From the IMG/VR virus record IMGVR_UViG_3300025364_000003, positions 124,001-188,000 of that record: a stretch of DNA of 64,000 nucleotides; one strand, written 5' to 3'. Position 1 is the stretch's first letter, and every line of letters begins with the position of its first letter. A program made the translations under genes and the position numbers. The notes beneath the pieces were generated by a model, which was not told the origin of the DNA, did not search any database, and was given only the letters and a program-made list of their open reading frames with translations. Positions 45,545 through 54,086 of this stretch are shown piece by piece.

Positions 45545-46828
45545 ATGTCCACTTTCACAACAATAATCAGACCAACACCTTTCGGCTTTTACGACTCAGA
45601 TCCAATTTATCAATTGGATGCTGATAAAATCATTTTTTATGTGCTGAGGAAACTGGGTGAGGATGTTCTTTCGGTTGAGCTCACCAAGAAGATGATATGG
45701 GCTTGTTTCGAGGAGGCCACATTAGCTTTTAACGCTCACATTATAGAATACCAAGCTAAGTCAAATCTTTCAAGTCTATTAGGACAAGCCACAGGTTCTG
45801 TTGATCCTAATAATCCTACAAATAACACAGCAGAACTAAACATCAACCTTACGGACAATTACGTTCGTCCAAATCTTGATTTCCTTGTTCGCCAAGCGGA
45901 GCCATACGCCGCTGAAATAGGCTATGGACAATCTTTAGATACTTTCAGCGGGTCTATCGATCTTCAAACTGGCAGACAAGACTATGATCTTTATACGGAA
46001 TTAAAAAGCACCGCTGGGACACCACTTCTTCAGCTTATGCCAACAGGTTCTCGTGGAAGAATGAAAGTAGTCGAAGTTTTCCATTTTGGTCCTATCCAGT
46101 TTGTATATAACTCCAATCTTGCTTCCAATTTCATTGCTTCTGGACTTCCGGTGGAGTCCTATGTTCCAGATACACGTTTTTATGTTCTTCCCTTGTTTGA
46201 AGATATTCTCAGAGCAGGCATGCTTGAAACAGCTCAGAGAGTTAGACGTTCTCACTATCGTTACAGAATTGATGGTAGAAATCTCAGAATCTTCCCAGCA
46301 CCAAGTCACCTCATACCCGGATTTAGCGATAAGCTTTGGGTCCGTGTAGCATTTCCTCCATCAGTAGCGCCAGGCATTGTTCCCGGAGGCGGTGTTTCAA
46401 GTTCAATAGGTGGTGACGTAAACGGTGAACTATTGCCTCCGCTTCCTGATGATACACTTTTTGGCGTTTCTCACCCAGCTAACGTACCATTTGGATTGAT
46501 CAAATATCGTTCTCTAAACCCTTGGGCCAAACATTGGATTTTCCAATACACTCTTGCTCTTTGCAAAGAGTTACTTGGCTTGATCAGAGACAAATTCAAA
46601 AACTTCCCTATCCCAAATGCCGAACTTACTTTGAATGGTGCCGATCTCATTCAGCAAGCACGTGAGGACAAACAAAACCTCCTTACTGGTGATGGTGGGT
46701 TGCTAAGTGTTCTCGACGGTCTCACCTATGACAAGTTGGCTGAAATGAAAGCAAACACAGCAGAATTTGAAATGAAACAATTGCAAATGTTACCATTTCC
46801 GCCCAAATATGTTATTAGCTTCGGGTAG
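45545..46828 (+). CDS. neck protein (T4 gp13-like)
   Basis: LRKLG....VEL......C..EA; WI..Y.LAL.KE.LG.IR.KF...P.P...TLNG.DL...A. Confidence 0.75.
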   Translation: MSTFTTIIRPTPFGFYDSDPIYQLDADKIIFYVLRKLGEDVLSVELTKKMIWACFEEATLAFNAHIIEYQAKSNLSSLLGQATGSVDPNNPTNNTAELNINLTDNYVRPNLDFLVRQAEPYAAEIGYGQSLDTFSGSIDLQTGRQDYDLYTELKSTAGTPLLQLMPTGSRGRMKVVEVFHFGPIQFVYNSNLASNFIASGLPVESYVPDTRFYVLPLFEDILRAGMLETAQRVRRSHYRYRIDGRNLRIFPAPSHLIPGFSDKLWVRVAFPPSVAPGIVPGGGVSSSIGGDVNGELLPPLPDDTLFGVSHPANVPFGLIKYRSLNPWAKHWIFQYTLALCKELLGLIRDKFKNFPIPNAELTLNGADLIQQAREDKQNLLTGDGGLLSVLDGLTYDKLAEMKANTAEFEMKQLQMLPFPPKYVISFG

Positions 46829-46982
46829 GGGACAAACGTATCCTTTCATATAACCTATGAGTGCAAAGCTCAAAAATATAAAGGGTTACAAAGTTGATTT
46901 GGAAGGCAAGAATTAATTTCTTGCATTGGGTTAGTAGCTCTACTTATCAGTAGTTTATTATGATTAATGTTTGGATTAATAA

Positions 46983-47444
46983 ATGAAAATTTCCAAGAAA
47001 CAAATAAGAACCTTGGTTCGTGAAGCAGTACGAGTGCAGCTTGATGAAATTTATGGCATTTCACAGTATGAACGTATGCTTGAGCTAAAACATCAATATG
47101 AAGACGACATTAAAGTTCTTGATAAGATTGGTCCCGAATTATATCAAAAGATCATTGATTTTAGAGAACAGGCAAGTGATTTCAATGAATTCAAAAGGCT
47201 TGTGAGGGGCATGCCCGTTCACATGGCAAAGAAGTTTTGGGATCGCCAAATGGGCAAAGTTTCAACAGAGCGACTTGTGGAACTGCGTGATGAATGGGAA
47301 GAACTTAAAGATCGTTTCAAAGAGATAGATGCAACAACAGAAGCTGACCGAGCTTATGGACGCAAGCGAACAAAAATTATTGATACAGAAACTGGTGAGG
47401 TCATTGGGACCGAAACGGACAAACGAGGCAGTCTGGGTTCCTGA
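46983..47444 (+). CDS. leader-bearing hypothetical protein
   Basis: MKISKKQIRTLVREAVRVQLDE; TACTTA 46941. Confidence 0.75.
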   Translation: MKISKKQIRTLVREAVRVQLDEIYGISQYERMLELKHQYEDDIKVLDKIGPELYQKIIDFREQASDFNEFKRLVRGMPVHMAKKFWDRQMGKVSTERLVELRDEWEELKDRFKEIDATTEADRAYGRKRTKIIDTETGEVIGTETDKRGSLGS

Positions 47445-47453
47445 GGAGTTTCA

Positions 47454-48041
47454 ATGAATGCTCAGCTCGAAAAGCTTATTTGCGATATTCTAATTTTAGA
47501 ATTTGCAGATCATATAAATGAAATAAAAGCAACAATCAACAGCGAACCTCCCACGTTTGAGCGTTGGTTGCAACATGTCGGCGGACTTGATTTTCTCGAA
47601 GATGAATTTCATGAATTTCGCAATGTAGATGAATTGGAAGACTCGGAAGCATATGAAGACGCTTTAAGATTTGCCGAGGAGGAGTATGAACATCTTTTTG
47701 ATAAATTTATCAACTTCTCCAATCCAGAAACACTATACCGTTGCATTAGTGCTCCAACCATATAGGATATAAATTTGTCAAAATTAGGAGAGTATTGGTC
47801 AGTTTTTCCTTCGCATCAAAGTTGTTATCTTAGTAAAAATAAAAAGCACCCAAAATGGGTGGTAGCTGCAAATGTTCCATTGAATGGGATAAATTGGTAT
47901 GAAACCATGACAGCTAACATGGGAACATTTGCCGCCGAACAGGAAGTGACTTTATACAAGCATGCAGAAGTAGAGGTGCTTTACATCCTTGACAATAATG
48001 GCAAAAAACATAAGCCAAAACAAAAAATTGGAATAATCTAA
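47454..48041 (+). pseudogene. R-S-E type ADP-ribosyltransferase-fold gene interrupted by in-frame TAG (47763-47765)
   Basis: ORFs 47454-47765 and 47775-48041 are in the same frame; joined product has LYRCI...LGEYWS...EQEVTL; leader LEKLICDILILE. Confidence 0.6.
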
Positions 48042-48442
48042 TGACCTACCACAGCAAAAAGCATATTCAACAAATTATTGAAAGTGTTTTAGAAGAACAG
48101 TGGGGAGCAATTACATCCAATAGAATTTATGGACGACAAAGGAATGGCGGGAATGTTAATCCACCAGAATGGAATGACAGTACGCCCAAGGTTGTTGAAT
48201 ACAGAAACAAACTTCGAGACTTAGAACCAGTCATTCGTCAAAGTCAACAGTACAAACAATTTCTTGAAGATTTAGGCCACACCAACCCAAATGATCAATC
48301 TTCATTGTTTGGCATGTATGAGAACTTCTTGAGATATTTTGCTATTGATAAGCACGTCTTTCAAGATGGCGATAATGATGATTGGACAGCGGCAAAAGCT
48401 GTAGCCGAGTATTTCAAATATCATCCTGACCGTCTGAGTTGA
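48041..48442 (+). CDS. leader-bearing hypothetical protein
   Basis: HSKKHIQQIIESVLEE; TAATG coupling. Confidence 0.7.
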   Translation: MTYHSKKHIQQIIESVLEEQWGAITSNRIYGRQRNGGNVNPPEWNDSTPKVVEYRNKLRDLEPVIRQSQQYKQFLEDLGHTNPNDQSSLFGMYENFLRYFAIDKHVFQDGDNDDWTAAKAVAEYFKYHPDRLS

Positions 48443-48854
48443 CTGGAATTAGTTTCCAATCAATTTTCATTGGACAGAACACTATTCTTTTATACACCTT
48501 GTCACTGACAAGCAAAGTAATAAAATCCTTTTGATCAAATTCGGTAGACGCATCCTCAAGAAACATAACTGGTTTGTCAAAAGAGTGAACTTCGTACTCT
48601 TTAGAAAAGAAAGGTTTCTTTTTCACTTCTCTAAGGACCAGATAGTGCGCATTCCAATATGAATCCAGATCTTTTTTGGTATCTTTGTTGTTGGACGGAC
48701 GAATTACGTAGCCTTCGAATATGTCTGATGACACATCTTCTATTGACGTGCACTCTTTGGGGATAACCCAGTACAGTTTTCCCGGAATAAGATTGGGAAC
48801 ATCCAAACTTCGCTGCATCTCAGATAAAATGCTGTTGAGTGCATCAATGTTCAT
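48414..48854 (-). CDS. hypothetical protein
   Basis: GAGG RBS; ORF track. Confidence 0.6.
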   Translation of the reverse strand: MNIDALNSILSEMQRSLDVPNLIPGKLYWVIPKECTSIEDVSSDIFEGYVIRPSNNKDTKKDLDSYWNAHYLVLREVKKKPFFSKEYEVHSFDKPVMFLEDASTEFDQKDFITLLVSDKVYKRIVFCPMKIDWKLIPVNSDGQDDI

Positions 48855-48905
48855 ATTCTAAATAACCTCTTGGCCTACCTAATTATTGCTGAGAGGTAGG
48901 TCACC

Positions 48906-49610
48906 ATCGCACGCTTATTCATTACGCCCCGTGAGCAGCAGCTAATCAACGACTGGACTAAAGAGTTCGTGAAAGACGTTGTTGGTCAGTACATTTGGTA
49001 CTATCCAATTTCAATTCTTAAATCGGACGTTCATCCGGTGTATGATGAAGCGATCGTTAAAATATTTGATAATCCCATCAAGATTGATGCTTTGGTCGAT
49101 CAACCAGACAGGGGGCAATCCATTGGCAAATGGACAGTGGAAAGCACAACTACTATTTCTGTTTACGTTCAAGTCAGAGATTTGATTGACAAGGGTTTTT
49201 CACCAGACATTGGTGATTATTTTGTTTATGGTGAAGATGTTTTTGAAATTAATGTCATTATGCAAATGGGTGATGCTTTTGGTCAGGCAGAATATGATGT
49301 ATATTGGAAAATAGATGGCAAACTTGCTCGCTCGGGACGATTTGATCTTCCACAATTTAAAAAGCTTCTTGAAGATAGGAAAGTGTTTGAAGAATCGCAA
49401 GTTCAGAAAAGATTTGAGCAACAGCGTGGACTCAAGGAAAACACTGAGGACGGAGCAACTGGTGATGTCCGTCAGGTTAGAGAACGACTTGCTGACGACA
49501 TGGCACCTATCGCTCTCAATGAAGGCCCGAGAACTGTAAATCCTGAAGATGAAGAAGATACCTCCGATACTACTGGTAAGAAGGCTTCATCTTCTTTTTA
49601 TAATGAATAG
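48906..49610 (+). CDS. head-closure/neck protein (T4 gp14-like), probable ATC start
   Basis: In-frame extension (M)ARLFITPREQQLINDWTKEFVKDVVGQ after GAGAGG; VYDEA..K.F..P, P.IGDYF.YG..FEI. Confidence 0.65.
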   Translation: MARLFITPREQQLINDWTKEFVKDVVGQYIWYYPISILKSDVHPVYDEAIVKIFDNPIKIDALVDQPDRGQSIGKWTVESTTTISVYVQVRDLIDKGFSPDIGDYFVYGEDVFEINVIMQMGDAFGQAEYDVYWKIDGKLARSGRFDLPQFKKLLEDRKVFEESQVQKRFEQQRGLKENTEDGATGDVRQVRERLADDMAPIALNEGPRTVNPEDEEDTSDTTGKKASSSFYNE

Positions 49611-49634
49611 TGTTCATTCACTATAAATTAAATT

Positions 49635-50126
49635 ATGGCACAAAATTCTATAAAGAAGCCGTCTAAGCCTCGACGTCGAAGAAGCAAAAAGAAAAGCGGT
49701 GGGAGGGGTCACTACAAAACCGGTTATCACACTTCTCCTAAGTGTTCCAATGGCCCAGCAAAATATCGCTCTGGTTGGGAGAAAGTTGTTTGCGAAAGCT
49801 TGGATGCAGATCCGGATGTTGTAGAATATCAATACGAACCTTTTGAGATCAAATACGTTTCTAATCACAGAACTGGAAGAATAAGAATCTACATTCCTGA
49901 TTTCTTAATCACATACTCTTCCGGAGATAGAAAATTGGTTGAAGTTAAGAGAGAGAAGCATCTTGAACGACCAACAGTCAAAAAGAAAGCGTTGGTTGCA
50001 AGAGCTTATGCAAGCCGTAACGGTATGGAGTATCAGTTTTGGACAGAAAAGAAAATCAAGGAACTCCAGAAGATGCTAAAGAGTTCGAAGACCTCTTTGA
50101 CGAAAGCGAAGACGAACGAGAAATAG
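49635..50126 (+). CDS. head-completion nuclease (T4 gp4/TnsA-N-like PD-(D/E)xK)
   Basis: YRSGWE...LD.DP.V..Y.YE...I.Y...YIPDF...LVEVK. Confidence 0.85.
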   Translation: MAQNSIKKPSKPRRRRSKKKSGGRGHYKTGYHTSPKCSNGPAKYRSGWEKVVCESLDADPDVVEYQYEPFEIKYVSNHRTGRIRIYIPDFLITYSSGDRKLVEVKREKHLERPTVKKKALVARAYASRNGMEYQFWTEKKIKELQKMLKSSKTSLTKAKTNEK

Positions 50127-50707
50127 TAGACATAGGTCTCGATATTTCCACAAGTATTGTTGGTCTTGTAGTTTTGAATGCAACCACCAACGATCTTATC
50201 AAGATGGATGCAATTAAGCTCACCAGCAAAAAGTATTCAGATACCTGGGACAAGGGGACTCGTGTTGAAAAGGAACTTGCTAGGATTGTTGATCTAGAAA
50301 AGTATGTTGTCAACCACATTTTTGTGGAAGAAGCTCATATGAAGTTTACGCCAGGATTTTCTAGTGCAAAGACTTTGTTTTCCCTTGCATGCTTCAACGG
50401 TATTGTTTCATTTACAGCTTATAAGTTGTTTGGTGTGAAACCAAAAATGATCAATGTAAGAACTGCTCGTAAAAACCTTGGGATTAAGATCAACTATAAG
50501 GACAAGTCCAAGGACACTAAAACAAAGATATTTGAAGCGGTCAAAAAAATGAACCCGCATTTCCCGTGGGCTAAACATGTAGCTAAAGGTGGAAAGAAAA
50601 AAGGTCAAACTGTGTGGAGTAAACACAATTTTGATATGGCAGATGCTTGGATTATATGCGAAGGCGGTCGTCGAACAATAAACCCTTCTGGTAAAAAGAA
50701 ACGCTAA
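50039..50707 (+). CDS. RuvC-like Holliday junction resolvase
   Basis: IGLDISTS..G, IFVEE, L..FNGIV, DMADA; TTG start 8 nt after GGAG. Confidence 0.8.
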   Translation: MDRKENQGTPEDAKEFEDLFDESEDEREIVDIGLDISTSIVGLVVLNATTNDLIKMDAIKLTSKKYSDTWDKGTRVEKELARIVDLEKYVVNHIFVEEAHMKFTPGFSSAKTLFSLACFNGIVSFTAYKLFGVKPKMINVRTARKNLGIKINYKDKSKDTKTKIFEAVKKMNPHFPWAKHVAKGGKKKGQTVWSKHNFDMADAWIICEGGRRTINPSGKKKR

Positions 50708-50708
50708 T

Positions 50709-51091
50709 ATGGAACCTGGTGATATCGTTGTAGCAAAACGGTTAATATACCATGAAGGAATCAATATCAAAGGTGTTTGGTCATCTCCTAGTAGTCATGA
50801 ATCAAATCTTGTTTTGGCGATAAAATTTCTGTTTATTCTCATAAAGAAGCTTATTTGTTTACCGTATTGAGTGAAGGGCGTACGTTAGAAAAACATTATT
50901 CGGGTTATGAAGAATTTTCTAAAGAAGTTCTTCATGTTTCTAAAATTAAAGGGATGGTAATTGACTTCGATCCATTGGGTTCAAAAAGACCCCATATTGA
51001 AGGAATAGCAGCAGTTTTAATTGAAGACAAGGTTTGGTGGATAGTTGCTGGCGATCTTCAAGTAGTAAAGTTAGGCAAGGGTAAGCAATGA
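50709..51091 (+). pseudogene. hypothetical gene with apparent 1-nt frameshift near 50805
   Basis: MEPGDIVVAKRL...SSHES appears to continue as SCFGDKISVYSHKEAYLFTVLSEG in the frame of ORF 50855-51091. Confidence 0.45.
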
Positions 51092-51735
51092 GTGCAACCG
51101 GAAGAAAAAAACACAACTCTAAAGGGAAGGCCGAAGAACGTGATCCTTTCGATTATTATCCTACGCCAAATTGGTGCATAAAACGCTTTGTAGAAAAAGC
51201 ATCGCACAGGTTGCCAGTTGGTAATTGGATTGAACCAGCAGCTGGCGATGGCGCAATCATACGTTCTATCACCTCTTATGGTAAGGGATATGAGAAAGTT
51301 CAATGGACTTCGGTTGAAATTCAAGATAGATTTAAAGAATCGCTTGAGGAAGTATCTGATAAAGTTTGTATTGGAAATTTTGCGTCTTATTTACATCCAG
51401 GCTCAAAAGCCGACGTGTGCATTACCAATCCTCCATACAAACTTGCTGAGTCAATGATTAAACATGCACAGACTCAGGCTAAATCCGTTGTTATGTTGTT
51501 GCGAATTAACTTTTTGGCAAGTGAAAAAAGACGTGATTGGATGGAACAAGATACTCCTGACATTTATGTTATTCCAAATCGTCCTTCGTTTCGTGGTAAA
51601 GGTTCTGACGCTACTGAATATGCTTGGTTTGTGTGGGACGATAAATCGTGTGGTAGAATTTTCATACTCGATTCAACGCCTCGGGGCGTGCGACAAGCAG
51701 AAAAGAAGGCTTTGAGACAAAAGCAAACTATTTAA
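51088..51735 (+). CDS. DNA N6-adenine methyltransferase
   Basis: DYYPTP, IEPAAGDGAI (SAM motif I), ITNPPY (motif IV), YAWFVW. Confidence 0.9.
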   Translation: MSATGRKKHNSKGKAEERDPFDYYPTPNWCIKRFVEKASHRLPVGNWIEPAAGDGAIIRSITSYGKGYEKVQWTSVEIQDRFKESLEEVSDKVCIGNFASYLHPGSKADVCITNPPYKLAESMIKHAQTQAKSVVMLLRINFLASEKRRDWMEQDTPDIYVIPNRPSFRGKGSDATEYAWFVWDDKSCGRIFILDSTPRGVRQAEKKALRQKQTI

Positions 51736-51742
51736 TGTTGCT

Positions 51743-52489
51743 GTGTTACTCAAAGAATATATAAACTATCAAGTTGCTAGTGTCTTGCTCGAAATCAGAG
51801 GCACGTTCAAGTGGAATGAATTTAAGGCACTTAGTACCCTAGACCAAAAACTTCAATACGCTCAACAACATCTCAAGGAGCTTGGAAGAGGTAGCAGCAG
51901 GGCTGCCTTCCTACTAAGCAATCGATATGTTTTAAAGATTGCCCTTCCTCAAGCGGCAGAAAAGGGAATGGGGCAGAACAAAGGCGAGCTTCAGGTCTTT
52001 GCTAATACGGCAAGCAAGAATTATGTAACCGCTATTCATGACGCTGGCGAAGATGGCCATTGGCTCGTTTCAGAAATTGCACGACCACTTGCAAGCACAG
52101 AAGAATTTCAGAAGCTCACAGGGGTTCCCTGGGAACAGTTTGTTTCTATACTGAAAAATCATGAAGATATCAAGAGTGAATTTAGCGAGATCGAACAGGG
52201 CATTCAAATGTGGTCTCGTCGTCTCAAAAATGCTCAATCGCAGGGTAATGAAGCGGGTATTGACAAGTTTACAAAGAACGTTCAAAACCTTCAGCAAAGA
52301 AAAACAAACCTTCAAAAAATGTTAAATTCACCAGTGGTACAAGGTGCTCTTGCTTTGATGAATCAAGCTGGTGTTATGCGTGGTGATATTCTTGAAGTGG
52401 ATCATTGGGGCAAAACCGCTGATGGTCGTGTAGTTCTATTAGACTACGGCTTTACAGAGGACTTGGTTGACCTTTACCGAGCTGCATGA
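51743..52489 (+). CDS. protein-kinase-fold enzyme, paralogue 1, with leader
   Basis: LGRGSSR Gly-loop, VLKIA Lys, QN..E helix C, D....HWG catalytic loop, LLDYG; leader LKEYINYQVASVLLE. Confidence 0.8.
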   Translation: MLLKEYINYQVASVLLEIRGTFKWNEFKALSTLDQKLQYAQQHLKELGRGSSRAAFLLSNRYVLKIALPQAAEKGMGQNKGELQVFANTASKNYVTAIHDAGEDGHWLVSEIARPLASTEEFQKLTGVPWEQFVSILKNHEDIKSEFSEIEQGIQMWSRRLKNAQSQGNEAGIDKFTKNVQNLQQRKTNLQKMLNSPVVQGALALMNQAGVMRGDILEVDHWGKTADGRVVLLDYGFTEDLVDLYRAA

Positions 52490-53283
52490 TGAGACTGAAA
52501 GAACAAATACGCTTCATGGTTTTTCAAACACTTCATGAAATTAGGAGTAATTTCAAGTGGTCTGAATTTAAAAAGATAGATGATCACTTTGACAGGGCCT
52601 TGTACCTTATAAACACTGGTACTCAAGTATTAGGGGAGGGAACTTCACGTCTTGTATTTTTGTTAAGCAATAGGTTTGTGCTCAAACTAGCCCAACTAGC
52701 CCAACCTCTTCCACGTTCTCCTCGTAGTTTTGAGAGAGGGAAGGCGCAAAACAAATATGAAGTAGATTTGTCTACCGATCCAGATGTAAAACCAATTGTG
52801 GCCGAAGTCTATGATGCGGCCGATGATTACTCGTGGATTGTTTCGGAGTTGGTTCGACCAATAAAAAATATAAATGAATTTAAAGATTTAACTGGGTTTT
52901 CGTTCACTGATTTTCGCCAGGTTCTTAAACTTGTTTTTGAGGGCGAACTTGAAAATACCATTGAGAAACATCGCAAATTGCGACAGAGGTATATCGAAGA
53001 GATCAATCGACTTGACTCTGAAGATACGGCCGATAAAACAAATATTGAATACTACAAAAGCCAACTTGAGGCTATTGAAAAAGTTATTGAATATCAAACT
53101 GAATTACCCGAACACCCAATGGTACAAGCTGCTATTGAATTAATTTCTGATAAGGGTGCAATGGCTGCCGATATGATCGTGTTAGACCACTGGGGCAAAA
53201 CTGCCGATGGCCGTGTAGTTTTGTTGGATTATGGTTATTCGAGAGATGTAGCTAGAAAACATTATGATGTTACGTGGATCTGA
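52486..53283 (+). CDS. protein-kinase-fold enzyme, paralogue 2, with leader
   Basis: LGEGTSR, VLKLA, QNKYE, DMIVLDHWG, LLDYG; leader LKEQIRFMVFQTLHE. Confidence 0.8.
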   Translation: MMRLKEQIRFMVFQTLHEIRSNFKWSEFKKIDDHFDRALYLINTGTQVLGEGTSRLVFLLSNRFVLKLAQLAQPLPRSPRSFERGKAQNKYEVDLSTDPDVKPIVAEVYDAADDYSWIVSELVRPIKNINEFKDLTGFSFTDFRQVLKLVFEGELENTIEKHRKLRQRYIEEINRLDSEDTADKTNIEYYKSQLEAIEKVIEYQTELPEHPMVQAAIELISDKGAMAADMIVLDHWGKTADGRVVLLDYGYSRDVARKHYDVTWI

Positions 53284-53307
53284 ACAAACAAAATCATATA
53301 TATTGTT

Positions 53308-54017
53308 ATGTTAGTTGCAAATCTTAAAGAACAAATACATTTCATGGTGTCGCAAACTCTTTTAGAAATTAGGAGTAATTTCAAGTGGTCGGAGTTTAAA
53401 GAACTTGAAACTCCTAAGGGAATGGCATATTACCTAGAAAAAACAGGCACCGAAAAACTAGGCAGCGGGTCTTCTAGATGGGTTTACTTATTGAGCAACC
53501 GCTATGTCTTAAAATTAGCTGATCCTTTAAATCCTCGTAGGGGACTGGCCCAAAATCATGCAGAACTTGAAGTTGCAACCGACTCAGTGTAGCTCCATTC
53601 GTGTCGCAAATTTTTGATTATGATCCTGATGGTTTCTGGTTGGTATCTCAACTTGTTAGACCATTGAATAGCGATGAAGATTTTGAAAAACTAACTGGTG
53701 GAATCGACTGGGAAGCATTTCAGTATGCCGTACAAACTTTTTTGTATGAAGCTAGGGGGGATTTTAAAAAAGCTGCTGATGAACTTGAGTTTAGGGCATC
53801 AAGGAGAAATTCTGATCATTATGCAGAAGTATTACTCAAGGCTCTTTCATATCTTAAGACAAACAAGTGGGTGAGAAATTTTCTAAAAATGGCAAAAAAA
53901 TACGATTTGCTTCCAGAAGATTTAACATTTTTAGATCATTGGGGCAAAACCGCTGATGGACGTGTAGTGCTTCTTGACTATGGTTATACGGCATTAGTTC
54001 ATGATCTACACTACTGA
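53308..54017 (+). pseudogene. protein-kinase-fold enzyme, paralogue 3, split by a 1-nt frameshift near 53588
   Basis: 53308-53592 has leader, GSGSSR, VLKLA, QNHAE; 53601-54017 has WLVSQ, DLTFLDHWG, LLDYG; one added base gives a continuous ATDSxVAPFVSQ matching STDPDVKPIVAE. Confidence 0.75.
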
Positions 54018-54086
54018 CAATTCTCTATTGTCTAAACAATTATTTCTAAAATGCGTTCGACGTGGGTTTACTTACTATTTACCCAT

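Noticed and set aside
46857-46916. 19-codon ORF MSAKLKNIKGYKVDLEGKN resembling an HNH/NUMOD4 N-terminal remnant
   Set aside because: Too short to support.
49635-50126. Tn7-like transposon (TnsA)
   Set aside because: No TnsB/C or terminal repeats; position beside neck genes fits a gp4-like head-completion nuclease.
53585-53600. Programmed frameshift in kinase 3
   Set aside because: No slippery heptamer or stimulatory stem at the junction; a simple deletion or sequencing error is more likely.
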